Shown here in pieces: positions 29,873-38,738 of a stretch of 64,000 nucleotides of DNA. The position numbers were made by a program, and so were the translations under genes. The stretch spans positions 295,430 to 359,429 of the forward strand of contig CAIOAT010000013.1 in NCBI GenBank assembly GCA_903856085.1, read 5' to 3'. The notes under the pieces are model-generated. The model ran no database searches. It had not been told where the DNA came from and worked only from the letters and a program-made list of their open reading frames with translations. Within the stretch, counting starts at the first letter, position 1; each line of letters opens with the position of its first letter. This DNA is from Candidatus Omnitrophota bacterium (GTDB lineage Bacteria; Omnitrophota; Omnitrophia; Omnitrophales; Aquincolibacteriaceae).

Positions 29873-31636
29873 CTAGAAACCAGCGGCTTCTCCGCTCGCA
29901 CGAGGATCGCTTTCGCCCTCTATTCTACCAGAACCCTCATCAAAACAAACCATTTGCGCAACCCCGATCGGGTCTTTTTTTTCGATATCATGCCCCCAAA
30001 GATCGAGCTTTAAACGTATCATCTCCTGATCATAAAGTCTGGACTCCATGTGAAGAGCTCTGTCCTGGACTAAAAGCCTCGGAGATTCCACCGCTCCGGA
30101 GCAGGACGCCCCCAAATCGATCTTCTGGACCATCACATTTAAAAGAACGGCCGCTGGATCGTCCGGGCCATAAGCATTCAACAAAAGAGAAGGCTTCCCG
30201 TTTTTGAAAATGAACGTGGGTGCTTCCGGTCCGCGAGGTCTTTGCCCTCCGGAGATCAGCGCCCATGATTGGGGAGCCTTAACAAGCGATGGGTCCGGGG
30301 TGAAATCAGTCAGCAGATCGTTTAAGAAAAAACCGTAGCCCGGCACCCTCAGTGCCGAGCCGAACGCGTCCCCAAGCGTCGTCGCAAGAACCGCAATATT
30401 TCCCTGAGGATCCACGATCAAGACAGAAGACCCCGTGCGCTTCTTTCCTCTTTCTGGCCCCGCCACCTTCATCTCATCAGACTTCAAGGCCTGATCAAAT
30501 TTAATGACACTCGCCCGGTCTTGCGCCCATGCTGCCGAAAGAAGTTCTTTGAGCGGAACATCAAAAAGATCGGGATCGGCCACGCCTGAGCGATTTGAAA
30601 AAGCGATCTTCTGCGCTTCTCCGAGAAGATGGTACGTCTCCGGAGCCTGCCCAAAACCGGGAATGCCGAAATGGGAAAGAAGATTGAGCCCGCGAGACAA
30701 CATCACGCCTCCGTCTGCCGGAGGTCCCGCGCTGAAAAGGTCGTATCCTTGATAGGTGATATGAATGGGACCTCGCTCTGCGATCGTATAATTTTCAAGA
30801 TCCCTCTCGCCCAACAGACCCGCTCTATAGGAATTTTTGTGCACGGCACGCGTCATCGCCTTTGCAATCGAACCTTTATAAAAAGCCGCTGTTCCCTTGC
30901 TCTGGATCAGACGAAACATCTGGGCAAGTTCAGGCTGGGAGAATTTTTGCCCTTCTTCAAGAGGAACGCTGTTCTTGAAAAACACCGTTCTCTTTGAATC
31001 CAAAAGCGCCAGCCTTTTTGCATTCTCACGAAGCGCCTTGGCAAGCGCTGCGGAGACTTCCGTTCCGCCTTCGGCAAGACGCTCCGCCGGACCCATAAGT
31101 TTCGCAAAAGGAAATTTATGCGTTCCGTATTTCGCATGAACTTCTTCGACTAATTTCAGCAGTCCCGGAACACCGACCGGAAGTCCCCCCGTATTCCGTT
31201 CCGGCTGATAAGGAAGAGGCTTTCCGTTTTCATCAAGGAACATCTTCGGAAGAATTTTCGCGGGGGCCTTGACGCTTCCATCGAAGGAAAGAATACGCCG
31301 TGTGCCGATATCATAAAAAAGGAGGAGGCCGCCGCCCCCGATCCCGGAAGCCTGCGGTTCGACCACATTGAGCACCCACTCGGCAGTTACGGCCGCGTCC
31401 ACCGCATTCCCGCCTTGTTTCAATACTTCTAAAGCGGCTCGCGTCGCGCGGGAGTCCGACGTCACCACCATGGCTTTTTCGCCCGTAGCGGCCTGGAGCG
31501 GGGTAGAAAAAAGAGTCGCGAAGAGAAGAACGAGTACGGCGAAAGGAATACGACGTACGGTGCTCTCTAGAGAGGAAAACTTTTCACAATCCGCGGTACG
31601 CCGTGCACGGTACGCCGTACCCAGGAGGGTCTTCAT
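29873..31636 (-). CDS. ggt: Gamma-glutamyltransferase
   Basis: 587 aa with GGT family blocks (…TTHFSVVD-like GTRRILSFDG…, large and small subunit regions). N-terminal extension has a twin-arginine-like TVRRIPF followed by a hydrophobic stretch. Confidence 0.75.
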   Translation of the reverse strand: MKTLLGTAYRARRTADCEKFSSLESTVRRIPFAVLVLLFATLFSTPLQAATGEKAMVVTSDSRATRAALEVLKQGGNAVDAAVTAEWVLNVVEPQASGIGGGGLLLFYDIGTRRILSFDGSVKAPAKILPKMFLDENGKPLPYQPERNTGGLPVGVPGLLKLVEEVHAKYGTHKFPFAKLMGPAERLAEGGTEVSAALAKALRENAKRLALLDSKRTVFFKNSVPLEEGQKFSQPELAQMFRLIQSKGTAAFYKGSIAKAMTRAVHKNSYRAGLLGERDLENYTIAERGPIHITYQGYDLFSAGPPADGGVMLSRGLNLLSHFGIPGFGQAPETYHLLGEAQKIAFSNRSGVADPDLFDVPLKELLSAAWAQDRASVIKFDQALKSDEMKVAGPERGKKRTGSSVLIVDPQGNIAVLATTLGDAFGSALRVPGYGFFLNDLLTDFTPDPSLVKAPQSWALISGGQRPRGPEAPTFIFKNGKPSLLLNAYGPDDPAAVLLNVMVQKIDLGASCSGAVESPRLLVQDRALHMESRLYDQEMIRLKLDLWGHDIEKKDPIGVAQMVCFDEGSGRIEGESDPRASGEAAGF

Positions 31637-31693
31637 TGCGGAAATATTCTCCGATCAGGAAAAACGCGGTTTTCACAACTTACGTAAGGGAGA

Positions 31694-32635
31694 TCAGCGG
31701 CCCAAGATCTTTTTTGCGGTTTTGATAATATAGGGATGGGTAAGGCCGTACTTTTCCAAAAGTTCGTCTGCCCTGCCGGACTCCGCAAAGGTATCTTGAA
31801 TGGCCACAAAACCCATCTTGCAAGGATGTTTCTTGGCGAGAAAAGTCGCCACCGCACTTCCGAGGCCGCCCCAGATTTGATGTTCTTCCGCGACCAGGAC
31901 ATGCCCGGTCCGCTTGGCTTCTTCCAGAATAAGATCCGTATCCAGCGGCTTCACCGTGTGCATATCGATCACGCTCGCACTGATACCTTCTTCGGCCAAA
32001 CGTTCCGCCGCTTCAAGCGCTTCGAAAACTTCCAAACCATTGGCGATAATCGTCAGATCCTTCCCCTCACGCAACCGGATCCCTTTACCGATCTTGAAAT
32101 CCGTGCCGGTTTTGTAAACGACCGGCGCTTTCGGACGTCCGGTGCGGACGTAAACAGGCCCAAGGTGCTTCGCGGTTTCAAGAACCAACGCCCGCGTGGA
32201 GACCTCATCGCTTGGGACCACCACCGAAAAACCAGGAAGGCTTGTCATGAGAGCCACGTCTTCGATCGCCATCTGAGAGGCGCCATCCTCCCCGACCGTG
32301 ATGCCGCCGTGGGAACCGACCACTTTAACATTCAGCTCAGAAAACGCAACGCCCATGCGAAATTGATCAAAACCTTTGCTCACCAAGAAGGATGCAAAAC
32401 TGGAGATGAAAGGGATCTTCCCGCAGGAGGCAAGCCCTGCGGCCACTCCCACCAGGTTCGCTTCCTGGATCCCGACGTTGAAGAACCTCTCCGGAAACTT
32501 TTCGGAAAAAAGCACCGACTTCGTGGCTTTGGAAAGATCCGCGTCCAACACGACCACATTCGGATTCATCTTGCCGATCTCGACAAGGGTCTCCCCGTAA
32601 GCATCCCGCGTGGCTTTGCCTAAGATTTTTTGCAT
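31694..32635 (-). CDS. Transketolase, C-terminal (pyrimidine-binding + C-terminal domain) subunit
   Basis: Split-type transketolase subunit B, 313 aa. Confidence 0.8.
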   Translation of the reverse strand: MQKILGKATRDAYGETLVEIGKMNPNVVVLDADLSKATKSVLFSEKFPERFFNVGIQEANLVGVAAGLASCGKIPFISSFASFLVSKGFDQFRMGVAFSELNVKVVGSHGGITVGEDGASQMAIEDVALMTSLPGFSVVVPSDEVSTRALVLETAKHLGPVYVRTGRPKAPVVYKTGTDFKIGKGIRLREGKDLTIIANGLEVFEALEAAERLAEEGISASVIDMHTVKPLDTDLILEEAKRTGHVLVAEEHQIWGGLGSAVATFLAKKHPCKMGFVAIQDTFAESGRADELLEKYGLTHPYIIKTAKKILGR

Positions 32636-33453
32636 CAGGATAATTCCTTTAGAGCTTTTTCAACTTCTTCGCGCGTCGGCGCGACGCCATGAAAAGCATT
32701 GTTCCCTTCCATGAAGGAAACGCCTTTGCCTTTGATCGTATGCGCGATGATCATGACCGGCTCATTCTTGACCTTTTTGGCCTTTTCCACCGCATGCAGG
32801 ATCTGTTTCACATCGTGCCCGTCGATTTCAAATGTGTGCCAGCGAAATGCCTTCCATTTTCCGACCACAGGCTCCATATCGCAGATATTTTTCGTAGAAT
32901 CATCGAGCTGATATTTGTTGTAATCAAGAAATGCGATCAGATGATCGACTTTGTGATGCGCCGCCATCGCGGCAGCCTCCCAAGTCTGGCCTTCATTCAT
33001 CTCACCATCGCTTGTAATGACATAGGTGTAGTATTTTTTTTCATCAAGACGCCGCGCAAGCGCCATACCAATCCCCATCGAAAGACCTTGCCCGAGCGAA
33101 CCCGTAGAAGCCTCCACCCCGGGCAACTTGCGCCGGTCCGGATGTCCTTGGAGCGGACTGCCAAGTTTACGGAAATCGGTAAGTGTCTTGGGGTCAAAAT
33201 ACCCGGATTCGGCAAGCGCCGCATAAAGAGCCGGTGAAGCGTGCCCCTTGCTCAAAATGAGACGGTCACGATCCGGCCATTGCGGGTCTTGGGGATTGTG
33301 GTCCATGAGGTTGAAATAGAGGGCTACCAGCATATCGGTAGCAGAAAGTGAACCGCCGGGATGCCCCGAAGCCGCAGCCCCGGTCATCTCGACAATATGG
33401 CGACGAACAAGTTTCGCCTTCGCCTTAAGTTGCTCTACGGACAGCTTTTCCAT
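32635..33453 (-). CDS. Transketolase, N-terminal (thiamine-diphosphate-binding) subunit
   Basis: Split-type transketolase subunit A with the ThDP-binding motif GDGEMNEGQTWEAA. Confidence 0.8.
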   Translation of the reverse strand: MEKLSVEQLKAKAKLVRRHIVEMTGAAASGHPGGSLSATDMLVALYFNLMDHNPQDPQWPDRDRLILSKGHASPALYAALAESGYFDPKTLTDFRKLGSPLQGHPDRRKLPGVEASTGSLGQGLSMGIGMALARRLDEKKYYTYVITSDGEMNEGQTWEAAAMAAHHKVDHLIAFLDYNKYQLDDSTKNICDMEPVVGKWKAFRWHTFEIDGHDVKQILHAVEKAKKVKNEPVMIIAHTIKGKGVSFMEGNNAFHGVAPTREEVEKALKELS

Positions 33454-33689
33454 TAAATTAAGTATGCCTTGGCTGATTTGTATAGAGGAAAAAGACAGCG
33501 AAGTTTAGCGGCTTTCACGAATATCGTCAATGAATAAAACGGGAATAAAAACTGCATCTCGGGAAACAAGGAACGGCAAATGTTGCATGTTAAAAGAGCG
33601 CATTTCCCGTTACCGTTACCCCTTTCCCAAAGCATGTTCTCCCAAAAACATATTGTCATACCGATAGTTCCCCATAGAATGATGTTCCT

Positions 33690-34817
33690 ATGTCTATCAA
33701 ACCAACCCTGTTGATCATCGCCTCAAGTGAAAAAGACGCGGACCTTTATTACGCGACGAAATTCATCGCGCCGGATCCGTTCGTCTTCATCCGGGTTCGC
33801 GGGAAAAACTATATTCTTATTAACGACCTTGAGATCGATCGTGCCAAAAAACAGGCCGAAGCCGATGGGATCTTTTCTACTTCCCGGCTCGCCGCCGAGT
33901 ATAAACAAAAACACAAGAAAGCTTGTTCCTTCACGGAATTGGTTCTTTATTTCCTAGAAAAACAAAAAATCAAAAGCGTGCTCGTACCTGGAAATTTTCC
34001 GGTCCAATATTATGAGCCCCTGAAACAAGCCGGCCTCCGGATCCAGTATAAAAACGGGCTCTTTTTTGATAAGCGCCTGATCAAGGACCGTGCCGAGATC
34101 GCGGCGATCACTCAGGCGCTGCGCGCCACAGAAAAATCAGCCCGGGAAGCAATCAAGGTCCTGAAAAAATCCGTCATCCGGAAAGATAAACTTTATTTCC
34201 AGGGGAAAGTCCTCACAAGCGAAGCCCTCCGCAAAGTCATTCATCAAACGCTTTTGGCAGAAGGATGCGCCGGCGAACATACCATCGTCTCCTGTGGCCA
34301 GCATTCCATCGATCCTCACGATCAAGGCACTGGACCGCTGCGACCTCACCAGCCCATCATTATGGATATTTTCCCACGCAGTGAGAAAACGCTTTATTAC
34401 GCGGATTTCACACGCACCGTGGTACGCGGCAAGGCATCCCCTGAACTTAAAAAAATATATGCGGCGGTCAAGGAAGGACAAAACATCGGTTTCAAAATGG
34501 TCCGTGCCGGAATGGCAAGTAAAAAAGTCCATGCGGCTATTCAATCCAGGTTTACGCATCTTGGCTTCAAAACAGGCCCGAAGGATGGCCGCATGCAAGG
34601 GTTCTTCCATAGCACCGGCCACGGACTCGGGCTGGACATCCATGAGCCACCGCGCCTCAGCGTCGGAGAGGATATTTTGAAAGAGGGACAAGTCGTGACC
34701 GTAGAGCCGGGACTTTACTACAAAGGCATCGGAGGCGTGCGCCTCGAGGATGTCGTCGTCGTGACAAAAACAGGCTGCAAGAATCTTACGAAATTCCCAA
34801 GATCGCTGGAAATCTGA
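33690..34817 (+). CDS. M24-family Xaa-Pro aminopeptidase/dipeptidase
   Basis: HSTGHGLGLDIHEPP and VTVEPGLY metal-ligand blocks of the pita-bread fold. Confidence 0.8.
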   Translation: MSIKPTLLIIASSEKDADLYYATKFIAPDPFVFIRVRGKNYILINDLEIDRAKKQAEADGIFSTSRLAAEYKQKHKKACSFTELVLYFLEKQKIKSVLVPGNFPVQYYEPLKQAGLRIQYKNGLFFDKRLIKDRAEIAAITQALRATEKSAREAIKVLKKSVIRKDKLYFQGKVLTSEALRKVIHQTLLAEGCAGEHTIVSCGQHSIDPHDQGTGPLRPHQPIIMDIFPRSEKTLYYADFTRTVVRGKASPELKKIYAAVKEGQNIGFKMVRAGMASKKVHAAIQSRFTHLGFKTGPKDGRMQGFFHSTGHGLGLDIHEPPRLSVGEDILKEGQVVTVEPGLYYKGIGGVRLEDVVVVTKTGCKNLTKFPRSLEI

Positions 34818-34919
34818 TATCCCCTATCCCCGCGGTCTAATTCACTTTACAAAACGCAGGAGCCTCTTAGAATGACGCGGAATCAGAACGTTTCACACCG
34901 CACAGACGGATAATAGCTC

Positions 34920-36341
34920 ATGGAAAAATCTCAAGGTTCAAAAAAAGGAACTTGGTTGTTTTTCGGATTGATCCTCTTCCTGGTAATGATTGCCTTCTAT
35001 TTTTATCTGGATTCCGAACATCGCTATTACCAGAGCTTCCGCTACGACCTGCAGGCCGACTATGGTTATGCTTTTCCAAAAGACTCTGCTGTCCCCGTCA
35101 CACTTGAAAAGAATGGGTTCAAATGGCCCTCGGCGAGGCCCGGTGCCGATACGGCTTTTCTTAAAATTGCGGTTCGTTCGGATTGGACAAGCCTTTTATT
35201 TCTTCCCTATGTTGAAGTTCGTTATCGCGATATCGTTTTGAAGCAATATTTTGAAAAAACAAGTTCCGGGATCCGTTATCTGAATCTGAGCCCGCTTTTG
35301 AAAGCAACCCCATCTCTTACCAAAAAAGAAGAAATTGTCTGCAAAGGGCATCACCTCTCCTGGGATCCAGGCGTTTCCGAGCTTTATCTTTTTCAAAATC
35401 CCGAGATTAAGAAAGCCAAGATCCTCATCCTCGCGCCGCACCCGGATGATGCCGAGATCGCGACTTTCGGCCTTTATGACGATCAAGATGCCTATGTCAT
35501 CACCCTCACGGCCGGCGAAGGCGGAAAAACAAAATATAAACGGTTTTTCAAGGATCCGAAAAAGCATGCTCTTTTTCAAGGGAAAGTTCGAACATGGGAT
35601 AGCCTCGTGGTCCCTTTTTGGGGTAACATCCCGCCTCAAAAATGCTTTAACCTCGGCTATTTTGATGGAACATTAAAAGCCATGTCCGGCAATCCAGCCC
35701 GGAAGTTTGCTTCGGAAGATGCGGGAACCTCCGACCTGAACACCTTTCGCCAATACAACGTTTCGGATCTTCTGCCTAAAGATATCCCGACCGAAGCTAC
35801 GTGGAACAACTTGGTCGCGGATCTGGAGCATCTCCTGAACAAGATCAATCCCACGATCATCGTCACTCCCAATCCTCTCATCGACGGACATCCGGACCAT
35901 CAATTTGCCACCCTCGCACTGCTTGAGGCCCTGCAGCGAACACCCGCCGTCAAAGGAAACTTGTACCTTTACACCGTGCACTGCGCCTATTCGACGCGCT
36001 GGCCCTTGGGAACGGCGAAAAGCGTTGTCTCCCTTCCGCCTTTCTTTTCCAAACTTCCATTTTTTGAGAAGATCTACGCCCTCCATTTGTCTCTTGACGT
36101 CTACACCCAGAAATTCTTCGCGATCGATGACATGCACGACATCCGGCCCGTCTATTTTCTCAATGCGCAACAAATCACCGAAGCACTTCCCTCGGCATTG
36201 CAATCCCTTTACCTCCACTGGAAAGGGGCTTTGACCATGCGGAAATATTTGCGAATGGACGAACTTTTCTTTGTAGCTCCTACGGAAAATGCGTCTCATC
36301 TTCGGGAACTATTCTTGAAAAACCTTGCGCCGGAGGATTGA
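34920..36341 (+). CDS. Membrane-anchored PIG-L/LmbE-family N-acetylglucosaminyl deacetylase
   Basis: N-terminal TM helix, then PHPDDAE and HPDH zinc-site motifs of the PIG-L family. Confidence 0.65.
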   Translation: MEKSQGSKKGTWLFFGLILFLVMIAFYFYLDSEHRYYQSFRYDLQADYGYAFPKDSAVPVTLEKNGFKWPSARPGADTAFLKIAVRSDWTSLLFLPYVEVRYRDIVLKQYFEKTSSGIRYLNLSPLLKATPSLTKKEEIVCKGHHLSWDPGVSELYLFQNPEIKKAKILILAPHPDDAEIATFGLYDDQDAYVITLTAGEGGKTKYKRFFKDPKKHALFQGKVRTWDSLVVPFWGNIPPQKCFNLGYFDGTLKAMSGNPARKFASEDAGTSDLNTFRQYNVSDLLPKDIPTEATWNNLVADLEHLLNKINPTIIVTPNPLIDGHPDHQFATLALLEALQRTPAVKGNLYLYTVHCAYSTRWPLGTAKSVVSLPPFFSKLPFFEKIYALHLSLDVYTQKFFAIDDMHDIRPVYFLNAQQITEALPSALQSLYLHWKGALTMRKYLRMDELFFVAPTENASHLRELFLKNLAPED

Positions 36342-36640
36342 GCTCTGTGGACATTCTTTTTAAGATCAGCGCCTGGGCGGGAGCGGTCCTTCCCCTTTTT
36401 AATATTCCGCTCATTACGCGAATCATCAAACGAAAATCCGCCGACGATATCAGTCTGGTCTGGCTTTTCGGGGTTTGGGTCTGCATCCTTTTGATGACCC
36501 CCGCCGCATTGACCTCCCAGGACATCGCTTTTCGCGCGTTCGGCTGGACGAATATCATTTTCTTCACCGGCGTCGTCATCGTGACCGTGAAGTATCATCA
36601 TAAAATGGGGGGAAAGGGGAACAGACCCCGGGGAACGTAA
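36338..36640 (+). CDS. Small 3-TM membrane protein, PQ-loop/SemiSWEET- or LAB_N-like
   Basis: ~100 aa with three predicted TM helices and a charged loop (ITRIIKRKSADDISL) after TM1, an architecture shared by SemiSWEET and lipid-A-biosynthesis N-terminal domain proteins. Confidence 0.4.
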   Translation: MSSVDILFKISAWAGAVLPLFNIPLITRIIKRKSADDISLVWLFGVWVCILLMTPAALTSQDIAFRAFGWTNIIFFTGVVIVTVKYHHKMGGKGNRPRGT

Positions 36641-36688
36641 AGCTTTTCCGTTGGCCGCTCCCCGTTCAACACTCCCCGGTCTTTAATC

Positions 36689-37126
36689 ATGCATCCCACC
36701 TATAAAAGAATGCTCGCGGGTCTCAAAAAAGAAAAACCCTCTGCAAACGGGAAGAAAACCGCAGACGATTGGTCTCTTTATATTCTGAAATGCCGCGATG
36801 GATCGTTTTACACCGGCATCACCAACAATCTGGAGCGTCGTCTCAAAATGCACCAGGACGGAAAAGCTTCCCGCTACACCCGCACCCGGGGGCCCGTAGA
36901 GATGCTCTACTCCGAAACGTGCGGCACGAGATCCAGCGCTTTGATACGGGAATGCGAAGTGAAGGAATGGCCTAAAAAGAAAAAAATCTCTTTGATCTCG
37001 GGTGAAGAAGAAACTCCTAAGAGACAAAGGAGAGAGAAAGAAACTTTGATAACATCGGGGAGTGGGAAACGAGAAAAGAAAAACCGAAACATTCACAGTT
37101 CCCCGGGTGACGTTCCCCGTTACTAA
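36689..37126 (+). CDS. GIY-YIG nuclease superfamily protein (UPF0213-like) with a Lys/Glu-rich C-terminal tail
   Basis: WSLYILKCRDGSFYTGITNNLERRLKMH matches the GIY-YIG motif. The C-terminal ~60 aa are low-complexity (K/E/R-rich). Confidence 0.65.
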   Translation: MHPTYKRMLAGLKKEKPSANGKKTADDWSLYILKCRDGSFYTGITNNLERRLKMHQDGKASRYTRTRGPVEMLYSETCGTRSSALIRECEVKEWPKKKKISLISGEEETPKRQRREKETLITSGSGKREKKNRNIHSSPGDVPRY

Positions 37127-37722
37127 TTGAGTTGATCTTCGAGTTTCTGCGCCAGGGCTTCCATTTGCTTGAGCAAGTAATCCGGCACGAGGTCCTCTTC
37201 TTCCAACTGGGTTTTCGCGGAATTAAGAAATCCGATCAGGCGTCTTAAAACCCCGTTGCGTTTCTGTTCTTTGGCCTCTGCCGTATCCTTCGGCGCATGT
37301 GTTTCGAGGATCTTTTTCACCTGCGCCCGGGCTTCCTTGACCTCCTTACCTTCATTGAGGACATCATTCCGGAGCTCGGCGAATTCATTGGTGGGAATAT
37401 TTTTGTTGTTCTTGGCGAGCCGGAGCACATTCACCGCTTCATAATCCGGGATCTTCCGGGGAGTTTCATCTTCCGTGAAATCCGGTTTTACGATGCGCGG
37501 CTCTTCTTTTTCAAGAAAAGAGTAGGATTTGATCAGTTTTGAGGCCGTCGCTTCCCGGATGCTCAGCTCTTTTTGACAATACGTCTCGAACGCCTGATAG
37601 CCCCATTCCTTATAAAGCTTGTTCTTATAAATGGAGAATAAGTGCTGGCCGAGCTGGATCCAGCTTGCTTTGTGATGTTTGGCGATCTCTACAGTCTTGA
37701 TGCGTAATTCGTCGTTAGCCAT
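37123..37722 (-). CDS. Hypothetical protein
   Basis: 199-aa ORF with RBS AAGGAG and no recognisable motifs. Its 5' leader contains GTACGGCGAAAGGCGTAC. Confidence 0.5.
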   Translation of the reverse strand: MANDELRIKTVEIAKHHKASWIQLGQHLFSIYKNKLYKEWGYQAFETYCQKELSIREATASKLIKSYSFLEKEEPRIVKPDFTEDETPRKIPDYEAVNVLRLAKNNKNIPTNEFAELRNDVLNEGKEVKEARAQVKKILETHAPKDTAEAKEQKRNGVLRRLIGFLNSAKTQLEEEDLVPDYLLKQMEALAQKLEDQLN

Positions 37723-37764
37723 TCTTAACTCCTTGTACGGCGAAAGGCGTACCCCTTACCTGTT

Positions 37765-38622
37765 CTAAATGAATTCAAGATGGATCTGTTTCGGAATGAT
37801 CTTGTGCCGGCACGCTTCATCCAGCAATCTACGGAATCCCGCTTCCCCGTCTTCTCCGAGATCGACCGTGCGATCATTCACATACATGGCAACGAAGCGG
37901 TCGTTCAGGTCCTCAGAGATCCCGCGACCGAATTGGCTCGCGTATTCTAAGGCATCCTTCCTGTGGTTCAAGGCATATTCAATGCTTTCTTTAAAGAGCT
38001 TGGCGAAGGAAGCTATCGTCTCCTGCCCCAGATCCCGGCGGATGATATCGATCCCAAGCGGAAGCGGGAGCTTCGTCTTTTGATGCCACCATTCCCCGAG
38101 GTCCAGGACCTTTTCGAGACCGTGTTCGGCATGCGTGATCTGTCCTTCATGGATCACAAGCCCGTAATCCACTTCCCCGCTTTTTACCGCATCAAAGATT
38201 TTATCGAAAGGAACAAAAACCGGCGTGAAATCTTTTGTGTGGAGTTGCAACACTAAAAATGCTGTGGTCAATTTTCCGGGGATCGCAATTCTTGTATGAC
38301 GATCCACGTTCCACGATCCGCGTTTCACATTTCCCGTGGCCCGCGCAACAATGATCGGCCCATAATTGTCGCCGACACTCGCCCCGGACCGCATGACGAG
38401 ATATTTGTCCGCGAGATAAGCATACGCGTGACAGGAAACGGCCGTCACTTCGAGTTCTTCTTTAAGCGCGCGCTGATTGAGAGATTCGATATCCTCGATC
38501 ACATGTTCGACTCGGAATCCCCGCATATCGATCTTTTCATGAGCGAGGGCATAGAACATGAACGCGTCGTCAGGGTCCGGACTGTGACCGACTCGGATAA
38601 TTTTGGGGGATGTTTCAAGCAT
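37765..38622 (-). CDS. MqnA/MqnD-family protein (futalosine-pathway menaquinone biosynthesis; likely 1,4-dihydroxy-6-naphthoate synthase)
   Basis: 285 aa with N-terminal VGHSPDPDDAFMFYAL, characteristic of the MqnA/MqnD periplasmic-binding-protein-like fold. Confidence 0.6.
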   Translation of the reverse strand: MLETSPKIIRVGHSPDPDDAFMFYALAHEKIDMRGFRVEHVIEDIESLNQRALKEELEVTAVSCHAYAYLADKYLVMRSGASVGDNYGPIIVARATGNVKRGSWNVDRHTRIAIPGKLTTAFLVLQLHTKDFTPVFVPFDKIFDAVKSGEVDYGLVIHEGQITHAEHGLEKVLDLGEWWHQKTKLPLPLGIDIIRRDLGQETIASFAKLFKESIEYALNHRKDALEYASQFGRGISEDLNDRFVAMYVNDRTVDLGEDGEAGFRRLLDEACRHKIIPKQIHLEFI

Positions 38623-38738
38623 AGAGGGAATATACGGGATACTTCGAGAAAGTCAACTTTTCCGCAACGCTCCACGCACCAAGCATCGCGGACCACGTGC
38701 TGCGTCTACCATAGTCCGTGATTCGCGCAATGTTCGCC

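Noticed and set aside
33454-33689. Possible riboswitch in the 236-bp divergent region between the transketolase and M24 peptidase genes
   Set aside because: No conserved riboswitch core sequences (for example the TPP CUGAGA box) or convincing nested helices visible.
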